From Nitrospirota bacterium (GTDB taxonomy: Bacteria; Nitrospirota; Thermodesulfovibrionia; Thermodesulfovibrionales; Dissulfurispiraceae), in contig CAWBMP010000004.1 of assembly GCA_963790025.1 (NCBI GenBank), positions 608,001-672,000 on the forward strand: a stretch of DNA of 64,000 bases, given 5' to 3'. How positions within the stretch are numbered: the stretch's first letter is position 1; every line of letters begins with the position of its first letter. Below are positions 29,641 to 38,737 of the stretch, in pieces. A program made the position numbers and the translations under genes. The notes under the pieces are model-generated. The model saw only the letters and a program-made list of their open reading frames with translations, was not told where the DNA came from and did no database searches.

Positions 29641-30336
29641 TCATATACTTTTCTTTCTTGATTTGTAAAAAGACAATAACTTCTTTGTCGCAATGGGGAA
29701 TAGCCCCAGAAGTACGAAAGACAGAATGAGCCCCGGTGAAAGTATCCCCGAAAGAGAACTTATCTTTGACAGTTCCTTGCCGGCATTGACATAGACTATG
29801 GTCCCGGCCAACATGCCTGCCTGTGAGACCCAGTAGAAGGTCCTGAGCGGCATCTCGGTGAGTCCCATAACAAGATTGATGAGCCAAAAAGGAAAGACAG
29901 GGATCAGGCGCAGAGTGAACAGGTAAAATGCCCCCTCTCTTTCAATCCCCTCATTGACCGTTTTCAGTTTATCACCGAATTTGCGCTGTACCCAATCACG
30001 CAAGACAAACCGCGACACAAGGCATGCCAAAGTTGCACCTATAGTGCTTGCAAAGGAAACAACGACGGTCCCTATCAGCACCCCGAAAAGCGCTCCTCCT
30101 GCAAGGGTCATGATCGCTGCACCCGGCAGGGACAATGAAGTCACGAGGACATAGACCACCATGTATGCGGCGATGACCATGAGCCGGTGATCTGCGTAGA
30201 GGGCAGCGAACCTATCCTGAGATGCCTTGACATAAGACAGGGTAAAATAGTGTTCAAGACCGAGCAATTTAAAAATCACTGCGAACCCGACTATTACGGT
30301 TACAAGCGCTATTTTTTTTGTGACATTCTTATTCAC
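29641..30336 (-). CDS. TVP38/TMEM64 (DedA-superfamily) membrane protein
   Basis: SLPGA...GALFG...LRLIPVFPF. Confidence 0.9.
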   Translation of the reverse strand: MNKNVTKKIALVTVIVGFAVIFKLLGLEHYFTLSYVKASQDRFAALYADHRLMVIAAYMVVYVLVTSLSLPGAAIMTLAGGALFGVLIGTVVVSFASTIGATLACLVSRFVLRDWVQRKFGDKLKTVNEGIEREGAFYLFTLRLIPVFPFWLINLVMGLTEMPLRTFYWVSQAGMLAGTIVYVNAGKELSKISSLSGILSPGLILSFVLLGLFPIATKKLLSFYKSRKKSI

Positions 30337-30454
30337 TGCACCCTCCGCCGAGCAAACCTCTCATCTTCATCTTAACTCTCCCATAAAAAGCCATGCCGGC
30401 TGCATGCACTTGCCGACTCGTAACTGAAAAAGGCAAGGCTAATTCCAGCTATCG

Positions 30455-32467
30455 TCAAGCCCCGGCATGTGGATGAAAAACCGGTGACCGTCCGCATGCG
30501 GGACATTTGTCCATCTCCTCAAGTTTTCTAAGATACCGCTGAACGGTGATAATAAATGCCGCATGGCTCCACGTGAGTGGAGAAACAGAGACAGGTTCAC
30601 CGGTAAATGGGTTTACCTGCTCGGCCAAGACCCCTGAGGGTAACGCCCTATCGGCAACCCAGCTCAGAAAGGGGACTGATTCTCGCATTTCCTCTTTGCT
30701 CCCCGCCTTCTCTATAAGGTATTGAGCATACCAGAGCGTGCAGATCAGCCAAGGGTTTCCGGGAATCTCGACGGTAGGCGGGACCACACTCTGGTACTTG
30801 TCGTTTTCGTATCGGGCTATTCCGCCGATCCCCTCTCTGCACCAGAGTTTCTCTTTTAGCGCTTCCATAGTAGCGATAATCTTTTCATCTGATGCTGGAA
30901 ATACGCCTAACGCGAAAAGGGCGCAAAGACTGGCGTCTAGTCTGAACTCCTTCGTAAAGACGCCGAGACGATCTGAGACGGAGACGAGGAATCTCCTGCT
31001 ATCATCGTCGTAGAGATATTCATTAAGTGCATTATACATGTTATCGGCAGCCTTCATATACTTATCGGACAACTGGGTCTCACCGAAGGCTGCGGTGAAA
31101 TTGCCTGCTGCACGTAATCCGGCTATTACAGCACTGACGGTAAAGCTGTGCACCCCTGACTGCTCTTCCCACAAATCATATGACGGCAGAGGCAGGCCCG
31201 TTGTCTTGTCTACGAATTCGCACATGAAGTCAGCGGCGGCCTTGATTACCCTCCTGTAGAGGGGCTTTACGAACTCAACGTCTCTGTATAGTTGAAAGTG
31301 TTCCCAGAGGGCCCACAGCACAAGTCCGGTCTCGTCCTCCTGAATTGGCAGGTGGGGTTTCCCATCAAGTACCCATGGGTGCCAGGAACTGGCCATGGAC
31401 CCGTCAGGATTATACTTATGCAGGAAGTATCCGTTTCTCCCTATGATCTCTCTGCAGAACTCGAAAAATCCTCTGGCGGGTAGGGGAAAGCCAGCCAGGT
31501 CGAGGGCGTGCGCTACAAGAGCGCCATCGCGCGGCCACATATAAGTATAGGTGTCTCTCGAAAAACTGAGGATGTCAGAATCGCTTGCAGCTATAACCGC
31601 CCCGTTGCTGTTTATGTGCGTTCTAAGGATCAGGAGGCTTCTCACATAAAGCTGTCCTATGGAATCGGGCAGATCGCCGAATTTCATCTGCTCTCTGCGC
31701 AGCCATAACTTCCAGTAATCGGCTGTCCTTCGGATGAAGTACGCAGGCGTTCGCTGGATAACCAGGTCATTAAGCCGCTTCACCCCTTTCCAGTCTACGC
31801 ACACTGCCATCCAGTAATACGCTATAGCCTTCTTGCCGGGAGGAATCTTCGCGTGTACTGCACATACCGAATCCACGGAACCCTGAGCCACAGGATTACC
31901 CGAAAGGTTGCCGTCTTCCGCGTCGACCCACGTCCCGTCGAGCCCCTTTACATTCTTGTCACCGGCAGCGAACTGGGCAAGACCAACACCGTTTTCCGTC
32001 AGCGCGTTCACAAAAAAATATCTTCTCCCCTTGTAGTGAAGAAGCCCCTTTTCCTCAGGTTTATAGCATACAGTGTCTCCGATTTCGGATCCGTATATAC
32101 GAAAATCATGGTGGAAAAAGAGTCGGAACTCAGCGAATTTCGACGAAAGATTCCTGGCAGTGATCTCCCTCACGTAGATGTTCTCATGGAAGTCGACGGC
32201 GTCCCTCATGAGGATCTCGATCCCCAAGGCAGTATTGATAAGGCGGATCCTCGCTACAAGTGTATCATCTTCATAATCAAGGGTGCGTTCCCAGTCATCT
32301 CCGTTGATCCAGCTGAATGCTCCGTTCACCCATACGCCGATCCTGAAGGCATGGCCCTGTGCGTGGTTCTCACTTCCCACTCCCGGGAAGTAAAGATCAC
32401 GAACAAGTCCTGTTCTGTCATAGAGTATCAGCAGTGAACCATTGCCTATGGGTATATCCCGCGGCAT
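30455..32467 (-). CDS. Glycoside hydrolase family 15
   Basis: YMWPRDG, QEDET, DLWEE, LAEQ, PLTWSHA. Confidence 0.9.
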   Translation of the reverse strand: MPRDIPIGNGSLLILYDRTGLVRDLYFPGVGSENHAQGHAFRIGVWVNGAFSWINGDDWERTLDYEDDTLVARIRLINTALGIEILMRDAVDFHENIYVREITARNLSSKFAEFRLFFHHDFRIYGSEIGDTVCYKPEEKGLLHYKGRRYFFVNALTENGVGLAQFAAGDKNVKGLDGTWVDAEDGNLSGNPVAQGSVDSVCAVHAKIPPGKKAIAYYWMAVCVDWKGVKRLNDLVIQRTPAYFIRRTADYWKLWLRREQMKFGDLPDSIGQLYVRSLLILRTHINSNGAVIAASDSDILSFSRDTYTYMWPRDGALVAHALDLAGFPLPARGFFEFCREIIGRNGYFLHKYNPDGSMASSWHPWVLDGKPHLPIQEDETGLVLWALWEHFQLYRDVEFVKPLYRRVIKAAADFMCEFVDKTTGLPLPSYDLWEEQSGVHSFTVSAVIAGLRAAGNFTAAFGETQLSDKYMKAADNMYNALNEYLYDDDSRRFLVSVSDRLGVFTKEFRLDASLCALFALGVFPASDEKIIATMEALKEKLWCREGIGGIARYENDKYQSVVPPTVEIPGNPWLICTLWYAQYLIEKAGSKEEMRESVPFLSWVADRALPSGVLAEQVNPFTGEPVSVSPLTWSHAAFIITVQRYLRKLEEMDKCPACGRSPVFHPHAGA

Positions 32468-32527
32468 GACCTTTCACCTCCGGCTGTTCTATCACCCTTC
32501 CAGACGACGTTGAAACCATCTTTTTAA

Positions 32528-32827
32528 CTATCTCACTGTGTCCCGGTAAGTACCGGCCTTTTTTAAGGCCGCCTCCATTTCTTCAATCGTAATCACTGAT
32601 GGATCATAGTAGACAGTGTTTATTTCTTTGAAGTAGCGAAAGCCTTTTTCAACTCTCTTGACACCTTTGAGCCCTGCCAGGGCCTCCTTGCCGACATCGT
32701 ATCATTTGACAATAAAGATCACCTTTGATTCCGCATCCTGCTGGGAAAAAGAAACCCTATATCCTGAGAACACAAACAGGCAAATTAAAACAGTGAATGC
32801 TGACCAGATATTGATTTGATTCTTCAT
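32528..32827 (-). CDS. Exported HMA/ferredoxin-fold small protein with in-frame TGA (putative selenoprotein, 99 aa)
   Basis: Manual translation: signal peptide...KVIFIVK-U(32702-32704)-YDVGKEALAGLKGVKRV...TVYYDPSVITIEEMEAALKKAGTY. Fills the gap between msrB and GH15; hairpin after the TGA. Confidence 0.75.
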
Positions 32828-32855
32828 AGTTGCACCTTTCCTTCACTGAACCTTT

Positions 32856-33431
32856 CTACTTTTTAAAAAGCTTCACGTATTCTCCGTAGCCCTCTTTCTC
32901 CAGGTTCTCCTTGGGTATGAAACGGAGTGAGGCTGAGTTCATGCAGAAACGCAGGTGGGTTGGCGGCGGTCCGTCGTTAAATACATGACCGAGATGTGAA
33001 TCGCCATGTTTGCTCCGCACCTCTTTTCTATGGGTAAAAAAGGTCCAATCGTCTTTTTCTACGATATTCCCCGGCTCAAGCGGCTTTGTGAAACTCGGCC
33101 ATCCGGTGCCGGAATCGAACTTGTCGAGGGAACTGTAGAGCGGCTCGCCGGAGACTATGTCGACATATATGCCTTCTTTTTTGTTCTCCGCATATTCGTT
33201 TTGAAAAGCCGGTTCAGTGCCGTTTTCCTGTGTGACATGGTACTGCATAGGAGTCAGTTTCTTTTTGAGCTCTTCCTTTGATGGTTTCACAAATGTCCTC
33301 CATTTAGCTGTTGAAACAGAAGCCGAATATCCTCTAACGTCCGCCTGTTCGGTTTTCTCGGCGTTGGCAATGGAGAGGTAGAACATCGTCAACACCAGGC
33401 CGAAGAGCATTATTTTTATCATTTGCATCAT
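32856..33431 (-). CDS. msrB: Exported peptide-methionine (R)-S-oxide reductase
   Basis: [26 protein letters not shown]; signal peptide. Confidence 0.95.
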   Translation of the reverse strand: MMQMIKIMLFGLVLTMFYLSIANAEKTEQADVRGYSASVSTAKWRTFVKPSKEELKKKLTPMQYHVTQENGTEPAFQNEYAENKKEGIYVDIVSGEPLYSSLDKFDSGTGWPSFTKPLEPGNIVEKDDWTFFTHRKEVRSKHGDSHLGHVFNDGPPPTHLRFCMNSASLRFIPKENLEKEGYGEYVKLFKK

Positions 33432-33485
33432 TATTACCTCCTTTCTTATAGTCCATTATCAGATAATGTTCTGAATTATGCCGTT

Positions 33486-34094
33486 TCAATGACCGGCCGC
33501 GTCGCCCCATAGCTCCTTGAGCCGCTGGTCACGACCGCACCTGAACCGGTAGTATTTGTAACGGATCGGGTTCTTCTTGTAATAGTGCTGGTGATAATCC
33601 TCGGCTGGGTAGAACTCGGTAGCCTTCACAATCTCCGTCACTATGGGCCCTTTGAATGGTTTATTTTTTTCCAGCAGCGCCTTGGACTGCAGTGCTAACT
33701 GGTGCTGTTCCTCATCATGATAAAAGATGGCGCTTCGATACTGATGTCCTGAATCGCAGAACTGACGATCTTTAGCGGTAGGGTCTATGTTATGCCAAAA
33801 AACAGTCAGGAGCTTTTCGTAGGTCACTTGTGACGGGTCATAGACGACCTGAATCGACTCAGCGTGGCCGCTCCCGCCTGCTGAAACCTCTTCGTAAGTG
33901 GGGTCCTTTTTCTGCCCGCCGGTATAGCCCGGTGTGACCGAAACCACGCCGGGTATCTGATCGAAGGGGTGCTCCATGCACCAGAAACAGCCGCCTGCGA
34001 AGGTCGCTTTCTCATAATTGGTCGCAGCCCTGGCTGCAGTGATCATAATGGGTCCTGCCAACAGCAACCCCAGGGATAGAATTAAATATTTCAT
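33486..34094 (-). CDS. msrA: Exported peptide-methionine (S)-S-oxide reductase
   Basis: AGGCFWCME, GYTGG, AEDYHQ; signal peptide. Confidence 0.95.
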   Translation of the reverse strand: MKYLILSLGLLLAGPIMITAARAATNYEKATFAGGCFWCMEHPFDQIPGVVSVTPGYTGGQKKDPTYEEVSAGGSGHAESIQVVYDPSQVTYEKLLTVFWHNIDPTAKDRQFCDSGHQYRSAIFYHDEEQHQLALQSKALLEKNKPFKGPIVTEIVKATEFYPAEDYHQHYYKKNPIRYKYYRFRCGRDQRLKELWGDAAGH

Positions 34095-34127
34095 CTGTTG
34101 CCTCCCCTTACCAAATGGTTTAATATG

Positions 34128-34607
34128 TTATTTTTTAAGTATTGCCGGCCAGTTCTCATCAGCTTTTTTGATATTTCCCGGGATGTCTTTGCTCCACTTG
34201 TCCCTTATTTTCTTGCTGAGGTTGAGATAAAGCCTTCCACCGACGACAGTCCAAGCTTCAGGGTCGATGTCGGCTACGGACCCCCGACTTATTGCATATG
34301 CGCAATACCCCCCATACTTCGGTGCGTACTTCTCCATGTTCCTAATGAACAGGTCCTTGTGATCGGCGCTCGCGAAATACCATTTTGCACCCATCCAGAC
34401 ATACTCGAACGCTCTGTTTCCCTTCACCGGTTTTCCATCGACGAAATAGGCCACGGGATCATAGCCCTTTATTGCAACACCGTCAGAAGTTTTATTTACA
34501 GGTCCGATTGCAAATGCAGGACTTAAACTGAATAGAGAGACCGCCGCGACGATAAGCATTGCCATAACAGCGTTCTTTTCGTTCCTTTTATACATATGCG
34601 ATTCCAT
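34128..34607 (-). CDS. Exported YHS-domain family protein (Cys form)
   Basis: AIKGYDPVAYF, KYAPKYGGYCAY, ADENWP. Confidence 0.85.
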   Translation of the reverse strand: MESHMYKRNEKNAVMAMLIVAAVSLFSLSPAFAIGPVNKTSDGVAIKGYDPVAYFVDGKPVKGNRAFEYVWMGAKWYFASADHKDLFIRNMEKYAPKYGGYCAYAISRGSVADIDPEAWTVVGGRLYLNLSKKIRDKWSKDIPGNIKKADENWPAILKK

Positions 34608-34645
34608 AATCGACCCTCCCGGTAACTGCTAAAAATACCTATTTT

Positions 34646-34673
34646 ATTCTATCATCTGCCTCCAGGATGTCAA
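34646..34673 (-). promoter_or_regulatory. Sigma70-like promoter of the YHS-msrA-msrB operon
   Basis: TTGACA-N16-TAGAAT on the minus strand. Confidence 0.6.
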
Positions 34674-34737
34674 GTTCCCGGAGATATCTTTCTGCCCGGT
34701 TATTTCTTCAGCCCTGCTTCTATGTTAGCGCCAAAAA

Positions 34738-34776
34738 ATCACAAAACAATCACGAAAAAATAACGATTTTGTCACA
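34738..34776. promoter_or_regulatory. Four direct repeats with 11-bp period, putative OmpR/PhoB-family binding array
   Basis: ATCACA 34738, ATCACG 34749, ATAACG 34760, GTCACA 34771, next to the cognate two-component genes. Confidence 0.65.
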
Positions 34777-34808
34777 GAGGAGGATATTGAAAAATGAAGA
34801 CTGACTCG

Positions 34809-36290
34809 TCAGAAGTTGCTGTAAAAAGGCAGGGTGAATGCGAATGTAGTCCCAACACCAACCGCACTATCGACCTTAATATCACTTCCGTGGAGTTCAA
34901 GGATTCTACTGGTGATAACCAGGCCAAGTCCCGTCCCCTCAGCGTCCCTCGGACGTTCCCTTTTTAATTGATAAGAGCGATCAAAGAGATGCATAAGGTC
35001 CTCCGGCTGGATGCCTGAGCCGGTATCTGAAACCTGTACCATCAACCTCTCCCCTTTAGGGAGCAGAGCGATGGTGATAGAGCCGCTTTCGGGTGTATAC
35101 CGAACGGCATTTTCAATCAGATTCTCAAACACTCGTTCGATAAGCCCGATGTCTGCATAGACAAAGGGAATATCTTCAACGAAATTTGTTCGGAGACCGA
35201 TCTTTTTCTTCTCAGCAACAAGCTGGAACTTTTGCACTATGTCCTGTATGAGTTCACCCGGAGAGAAAGGTTCAGAACGGACCTGGAAATCAGGTGAATC
35301 CAGTTTCGCCAGTTCAAAGAGCCCGGAAACCAGCTTGCCTAACTGGTCGGAACGCTTAAGGGCAATCTTGATATACTTCCGTTCCTCCTCGATCGTCAAC
35401 TCACCTTCCTTCAGGAGTAAGGTCTCAAGGTATCCCTGGAGAGATGTCAGAGGCGTACGAAGATCGTGCGTAATATTGGCGATGAATTTCCGCCGAAGAC
35501 TATCAGTCTGTCTGAGTTCCTTTATCAGTCCGATAATGCGCTCGGCCATCTGAGTAAAGATCGATCGAAGGCGGTCGATTTCGTCCCGAGAACGGCCTTT
35601 AATGAAGGGCCCAAAAACAGGAGAAGCCGAAAAATCACCCTGCCGGAAGGTCTCCATGTCCGCCGTAAGTCGTCGGAGTCGAAGTGTCATCAGGAAAAAA
35701 AGGAGAAGTCCGGCCGCCAAGGCAAATAACAAGCCTCCTGCCACGGCCCATATAGAGAGCCGGAGTATGAAACTGTCCCGGAGCATCCCTGCGACCGTAT
35801 CAAACTCCTCGCTGTCCAGGATAACGTAGAGGTAACCTTGAATTTGACTGTTCAGCGATATCGGCGCAGCGGAGAACACTTTTTTTCGTTTTAGGTCACG
35901 CGGGTCATCTCCCAGGATGGGAAGAGAAACGGTCTTGTTCAGGAATTCCTTCAGGGGTCCCAGCGAGACATTATGCCTTTTCACCTTTTCAGGAGGCGCG
36001 GAGAATGCCAGGATTTCGCCGTTATGATCCAGGAGGTATACCTCAATGCTCGGATTGACAACCATCATCATCTGAAAAATACCCTGAAGGGCTTTTTCAT
36101 TGGCCCCGCCGTCCTTCATCAATATTTTTTCCGATGCCAAATTTTGCGCCAGAGTGCGATTGAGCTTCTGGTTCACTTCCTGAAAATACCTTCGGGTAGT
36201 GTAGAGAGTAAGCAGAATGTAAAGGACCCCGATCAGACAGAGCAGCCCGAACAGGACAGCAGCAAACTTGCAATAAAGGCTCTTGAACAA
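34809..36290 (-). CDS. Sensor histidine kinase (2 TM, HAMP, HisKA, HATPase)
   Basis: THDLRTPL H-box, NLIENA, DTGSG, GTGLGL. Probable TTG start at 36290. Confidence 0.92.
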   Translation of the reverse strand: MFKSLYCKFAAVLFGLLCLIGVLYILLTLYTTRRYFQEVNQKLNRTLAQNLASEKILMKDGGANEKALQGIFQMMMVVNPSIEVYLLDHNGEILAFSAPPEKVKRHNVSLGPLKEFLNKTVSLPILGDDPRDLKRKKVFSAAPISLNSQIQGYLYVILDSEEFDTVAGMLRDSFILRLSIWAVAGGLLFALAAGLLLFFLMTLRLRRLTADMETFRQGDFSASPVFGPFIKGRSRDEIDRLRSIFTQMAERIIGLIKELRQTDSLRRKFIANITHDLRTPLTSLQGYLETLLLKEGELTIEEERKYIKIALKRSDQLGKLVSGLFELAKLDSPDFQVRSEPFSPGELIQDIVQKFQLVAEKKKIGLRTNFVEDIPFVYADIGLIERVFENLIENAVRYTPESGSITIALLPKGERLMVQVSDTGSGIQPEDLMHLFDRSYQLKRERPRDAEGTGLGLVITSRILELHGSDIKVDSAVGVGTTFAFTLPFYSNF

Positions 36291-36294
36291 TAGA

Positions 36295-37014
36295 CTATCC
36301 TTTTTCAGAAGCTTCAGAATCGTTGAACCTGTATCCAACGCCCCAAACAGTCAAAATGTGACGGGGTTTGGCAGGGTCTTTCTCAATCTTGGCCCTCAGC
36401 CGGTTAATGTGAGAATTCACAGTATGTTCATAGCCTTCATAGCCGTAACCCCATACCTGGTTCAGCAGTTCCATGCGTGAATACACCCTTCCGCGGTTAT
36501 TGACCAAGTGGAGCAGGAGGTCGAACTCTTTGGCTGTCAAGAGCACGGGATTCCCCTGGAGCACGACTTTTCGCTTTTCAACATCAATAATCAGATCGCC
36601 CGCCTGGACCACTTTCTCCGATTTCTGAGATGTCTCCGATTTCAGCGCCTCCACACGCCGGAACAGCGCCTTGACCCGCGCCATAAGTTCCCGGATGCTG
36701 AAGGGTTTTGTCAGGTAATCGTCTGCTCCCATCTCCAGACCGAGGACCCGGTCAAGTTCGGAAGACCTGGATGACAGTATCAGCATCGGGGTGTAGCAGT
36801 GTGCGGCCCTGACCTGTCTGCAAATCTCCACACCGTCAACCCCCGGGAGCGTCAGATCCAGAATAATCAGGTCATACTGTTTCGAGAGGGCCTGATCGAG
36901 CCCCGCATTGCCGTTATAAGCCAGGCCCACTTCATATCCGGCATCCCTCAGGTGCAATTCCACGAGATGGGCAATATCTTTATCGTCTTCAATTATAAGG
37001 ATTCTGCCAGACAT
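36295..37014 (-). CDS. OmpR-family response regulator
   Basis: IEDD, ILDLTLP, KPF, TVWGVGY. Confidence 0.95.
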   Translation of the reverse strand: MSGRILIIEDDKDIAHLVELHLRDAGYEVGLAYNGNAGLDQALSKQYDLIILDLTLPGVDGVEICRQVRAAHCYTPMLILSSRSSELDRVLGLEMGADDYLTKPFSIRELMARVKALFRRVEALKSETSQKSEKVVQAGDLIIDVEKRKVVLQGNPVLLTAKEFDLLLHLVNNRGRVYSRMELLNQVWGYGYEGYEHTVNSHINRLRAKIEKDPAKPRHILTVWGVGYRFNDSEASEKG

Positions 37015-37029
37015 CAGTTTTTTGCACCA

Positions 37030-37407
37030 TTATGTAAAAAATTCATCGTCCTCAAACATGGGATAGTGCTTTCTATTCATCGTCCAGAGCTTGAAAACAT
37101 TTATTTTTGCGGCTGCACCAACGAGCGCATCAGCCATAGTCACAGAATGCGACTTGCCATAGTCCAGAAGGAACTGACCGGCGAGTTGACCCGTCCTCTT
37201 GTCTATGCCAAGCATATTCAGCGAGTCAATAAATGTCTCAACCCTGACCTTTTCTTTAAGCCGAATGCCGGAATAGATTTCCGTCACCTGTACCGGCGTC
37301 ATAAAAACATGGCCGCAGGTTTCTCTTATAACTTCTTTAAAGCGCTCAACCAAAGCCTTGTCCTGCCGCAGGACCCAAAAGAGGATGTCAGTGTCGGCTA
37401 CGAGCAA
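37030..37407 (-). CDS. vapC: PIN-domain VapC toxin
   Basis: ADTDIL...E...ADALVGA...TMNRKHY. Confidence 0.85.
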   Translation of the reverse strand: MLVADTDILFWVLRQDKALVERFKEVIRETCGHVFMTPVQVTEIYSGIRLKEKVRVETFIDSLNMLGIDKRTGQLAGQFLLDYGKSHSVTMADALVGAAAKINVFKLWTMNRKHYPMFEDDEFFT

Positions 37408-37637
37408 ACCTTCCGGTCCTTGCGCACTTTACGCATAAACTCATCCACATCGAACCGTCTGTTCCTCCAGAGACCGCTTGCGCTGTCAGTGGCCCTGATC
37501 ATCATTTCCACCCTGCCGCTCAATTTTTTTTGCACGCTATCACGGATAATCTCAGATATTGAGATGCCTTTGAGCTTACTTTCTCTTTTCAAATTGCCAC
37601 AGGTTTCGTCGTCGATATAGATTTGAGTTCGTTTCAT
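37398..37637 (-). CDS. CopG/RHH antitoxin
   Basis: MKRTQIYID...SISEIIR, overlaps vapC. Confidence 0.85.
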   Translation of the reverse strand: MKRTQIYIDDETCGNLKRESKLKGISISEIIRDSVQKKLSGRVEMMIRATDSASGLWRNRRFDVDEFMRKVRKDRKVCS

Positions 37638-37866
37638 AAAGCTGCCTCCGACATGATGTATATATACATTATATTTCGCGGGTAACTTCAAAAACAATGG
37701 ATGCAAGACAAATTTTTTGCCCGGGACTACTGAGGTCGCTTTGGAAATCATTCCGGTTTACATGATCAGATATTTTCAGACGTCCGCCTTTGATAATTCA
37801 TGGCAACCTTTCTGAACCGCCTCAAACGCAGTAACCGCAAAGAAAGTCCCGCTATCTTATTTTTAG

Positions 37867-37910
37867 GGCATGAGTGGAGGACAGAAATATTTTCGTCCTC
37901 CATTCATGCC
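37867..37910. terminator. Strong hairpin downstream of the IS3-core-like gene
   Basis: GGCATGAGTGGAGGAC / GTCCTCCATTCATGCC inverted repeat. Confidence 0.5.
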
Positions 37911-37950
37911 GTGCGCCTCCCTGCTGCGGCTATTGCCGGATGATCTTCAG

Positions 37951-38481
37951 TTATATTCCCAAAAGATTTATTGAGCGGTTGTGCTCATCCCTCCAGTTTG
38001 CCAACCATAATTGAACAGCAGCCAATGAGGCAAAACACTTTTCTTTAAGAAGGTCCCTAATCAACTTGTTCTTGAACAATAAGCCATAGCCGTTCTCCCG
38101 GTATTTTCTCAACTCCACGAAAGTGCTGCTAAGCTCAAGTTTTTCCAGCCATTCGGAAATGACATTAGGTATTGAGTCGTTGTCAGTGAAGACAAAAAGA
38201 TGTTTTGGAATACCTATATGCAGAAAGAGACTGAATAGCTCATCGATCACATTTTGAGTGGTTATATGATCGGCAGCGCGGCTGCGCAAACATTCCTGTG
38301 TATGTTCGTCGAAAAAAGTTAAAATCGTGATGACCCGCCCATGAGCCGTCAGCATAGTTATTAAATGGCAACTCCAAACAACGTTTTTCATTTGAGGGCG
38401 GCGCTCCAGGCACGAACTGCCCCTCCTATTCCATCTCGTTTCTGTATTTAAACATTCGTTTCCAGATATGTTTTTTTTCAT
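37951..38481 (-). CDS. IS3-family integrase-core (rve)-derived protein with degenerate DDE motif
   Basis: VWS...GR...ILTFFDEHTQECL...ENGY...NWRDEHN resembles IS3 OrfB. Intact ORF with AAGGAG RBS. Confidence 0.7.
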   Translation of the reverse strand: MKKNISGNECLNTETRWNRRGSSCLERRPQMKNVVWSCHLITMLTAHGRVITILTFFDEHTQECLRSRAADHITTQNVIDELFSLFLHIGIPKHLFVFTDNDSIPNVISEWLEKLELSSTFVELRKYRENGYGLLFKNKLIRDLLKEKCFASLAAVQLWLANWRDEHNRSINLLGI

Positions 38482-38573
38482 GATATCTCCTTAATTTAAA
38501 ATATTTTCATGTCTGTTCAAAATATATAAGCTTATTCATAAAAAACTATGTTATTAAAATGGCATCTGTGTTT

Positions 38574-38731
38574 TGCGGGAAAACAACTACCGTTGCAGAG
38601 GATAAATCCTTATAGATCGAAGCAAAGACATCAGGCAGCAGAAATGAGTTCCCGGCCGGCAATCTTTTCGGAAACTCCTTTCTTGATGCCTGTTATCTGA
38701 TCAAAACTACAGCGGTAATTGTTTCCCGGCA
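38574..38731 (-). ncRNA. Candidate rod-like structured RNA (about 158 nt), unassigned
   Basis: Nested inverted repeats: 25-nt outer arms (20/25 complementary) and inner helices; mismatches mostly become G-U on the minus strand. Confidence 0.4.
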
Positions 38732-38737
38732 GAAGAG

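Noticed and set aside
36799..37620. 273-aa + strand ORF and many other antisense ORFs in the track
   Set aside because: They are shadows of well-supported opposite-strand genes.
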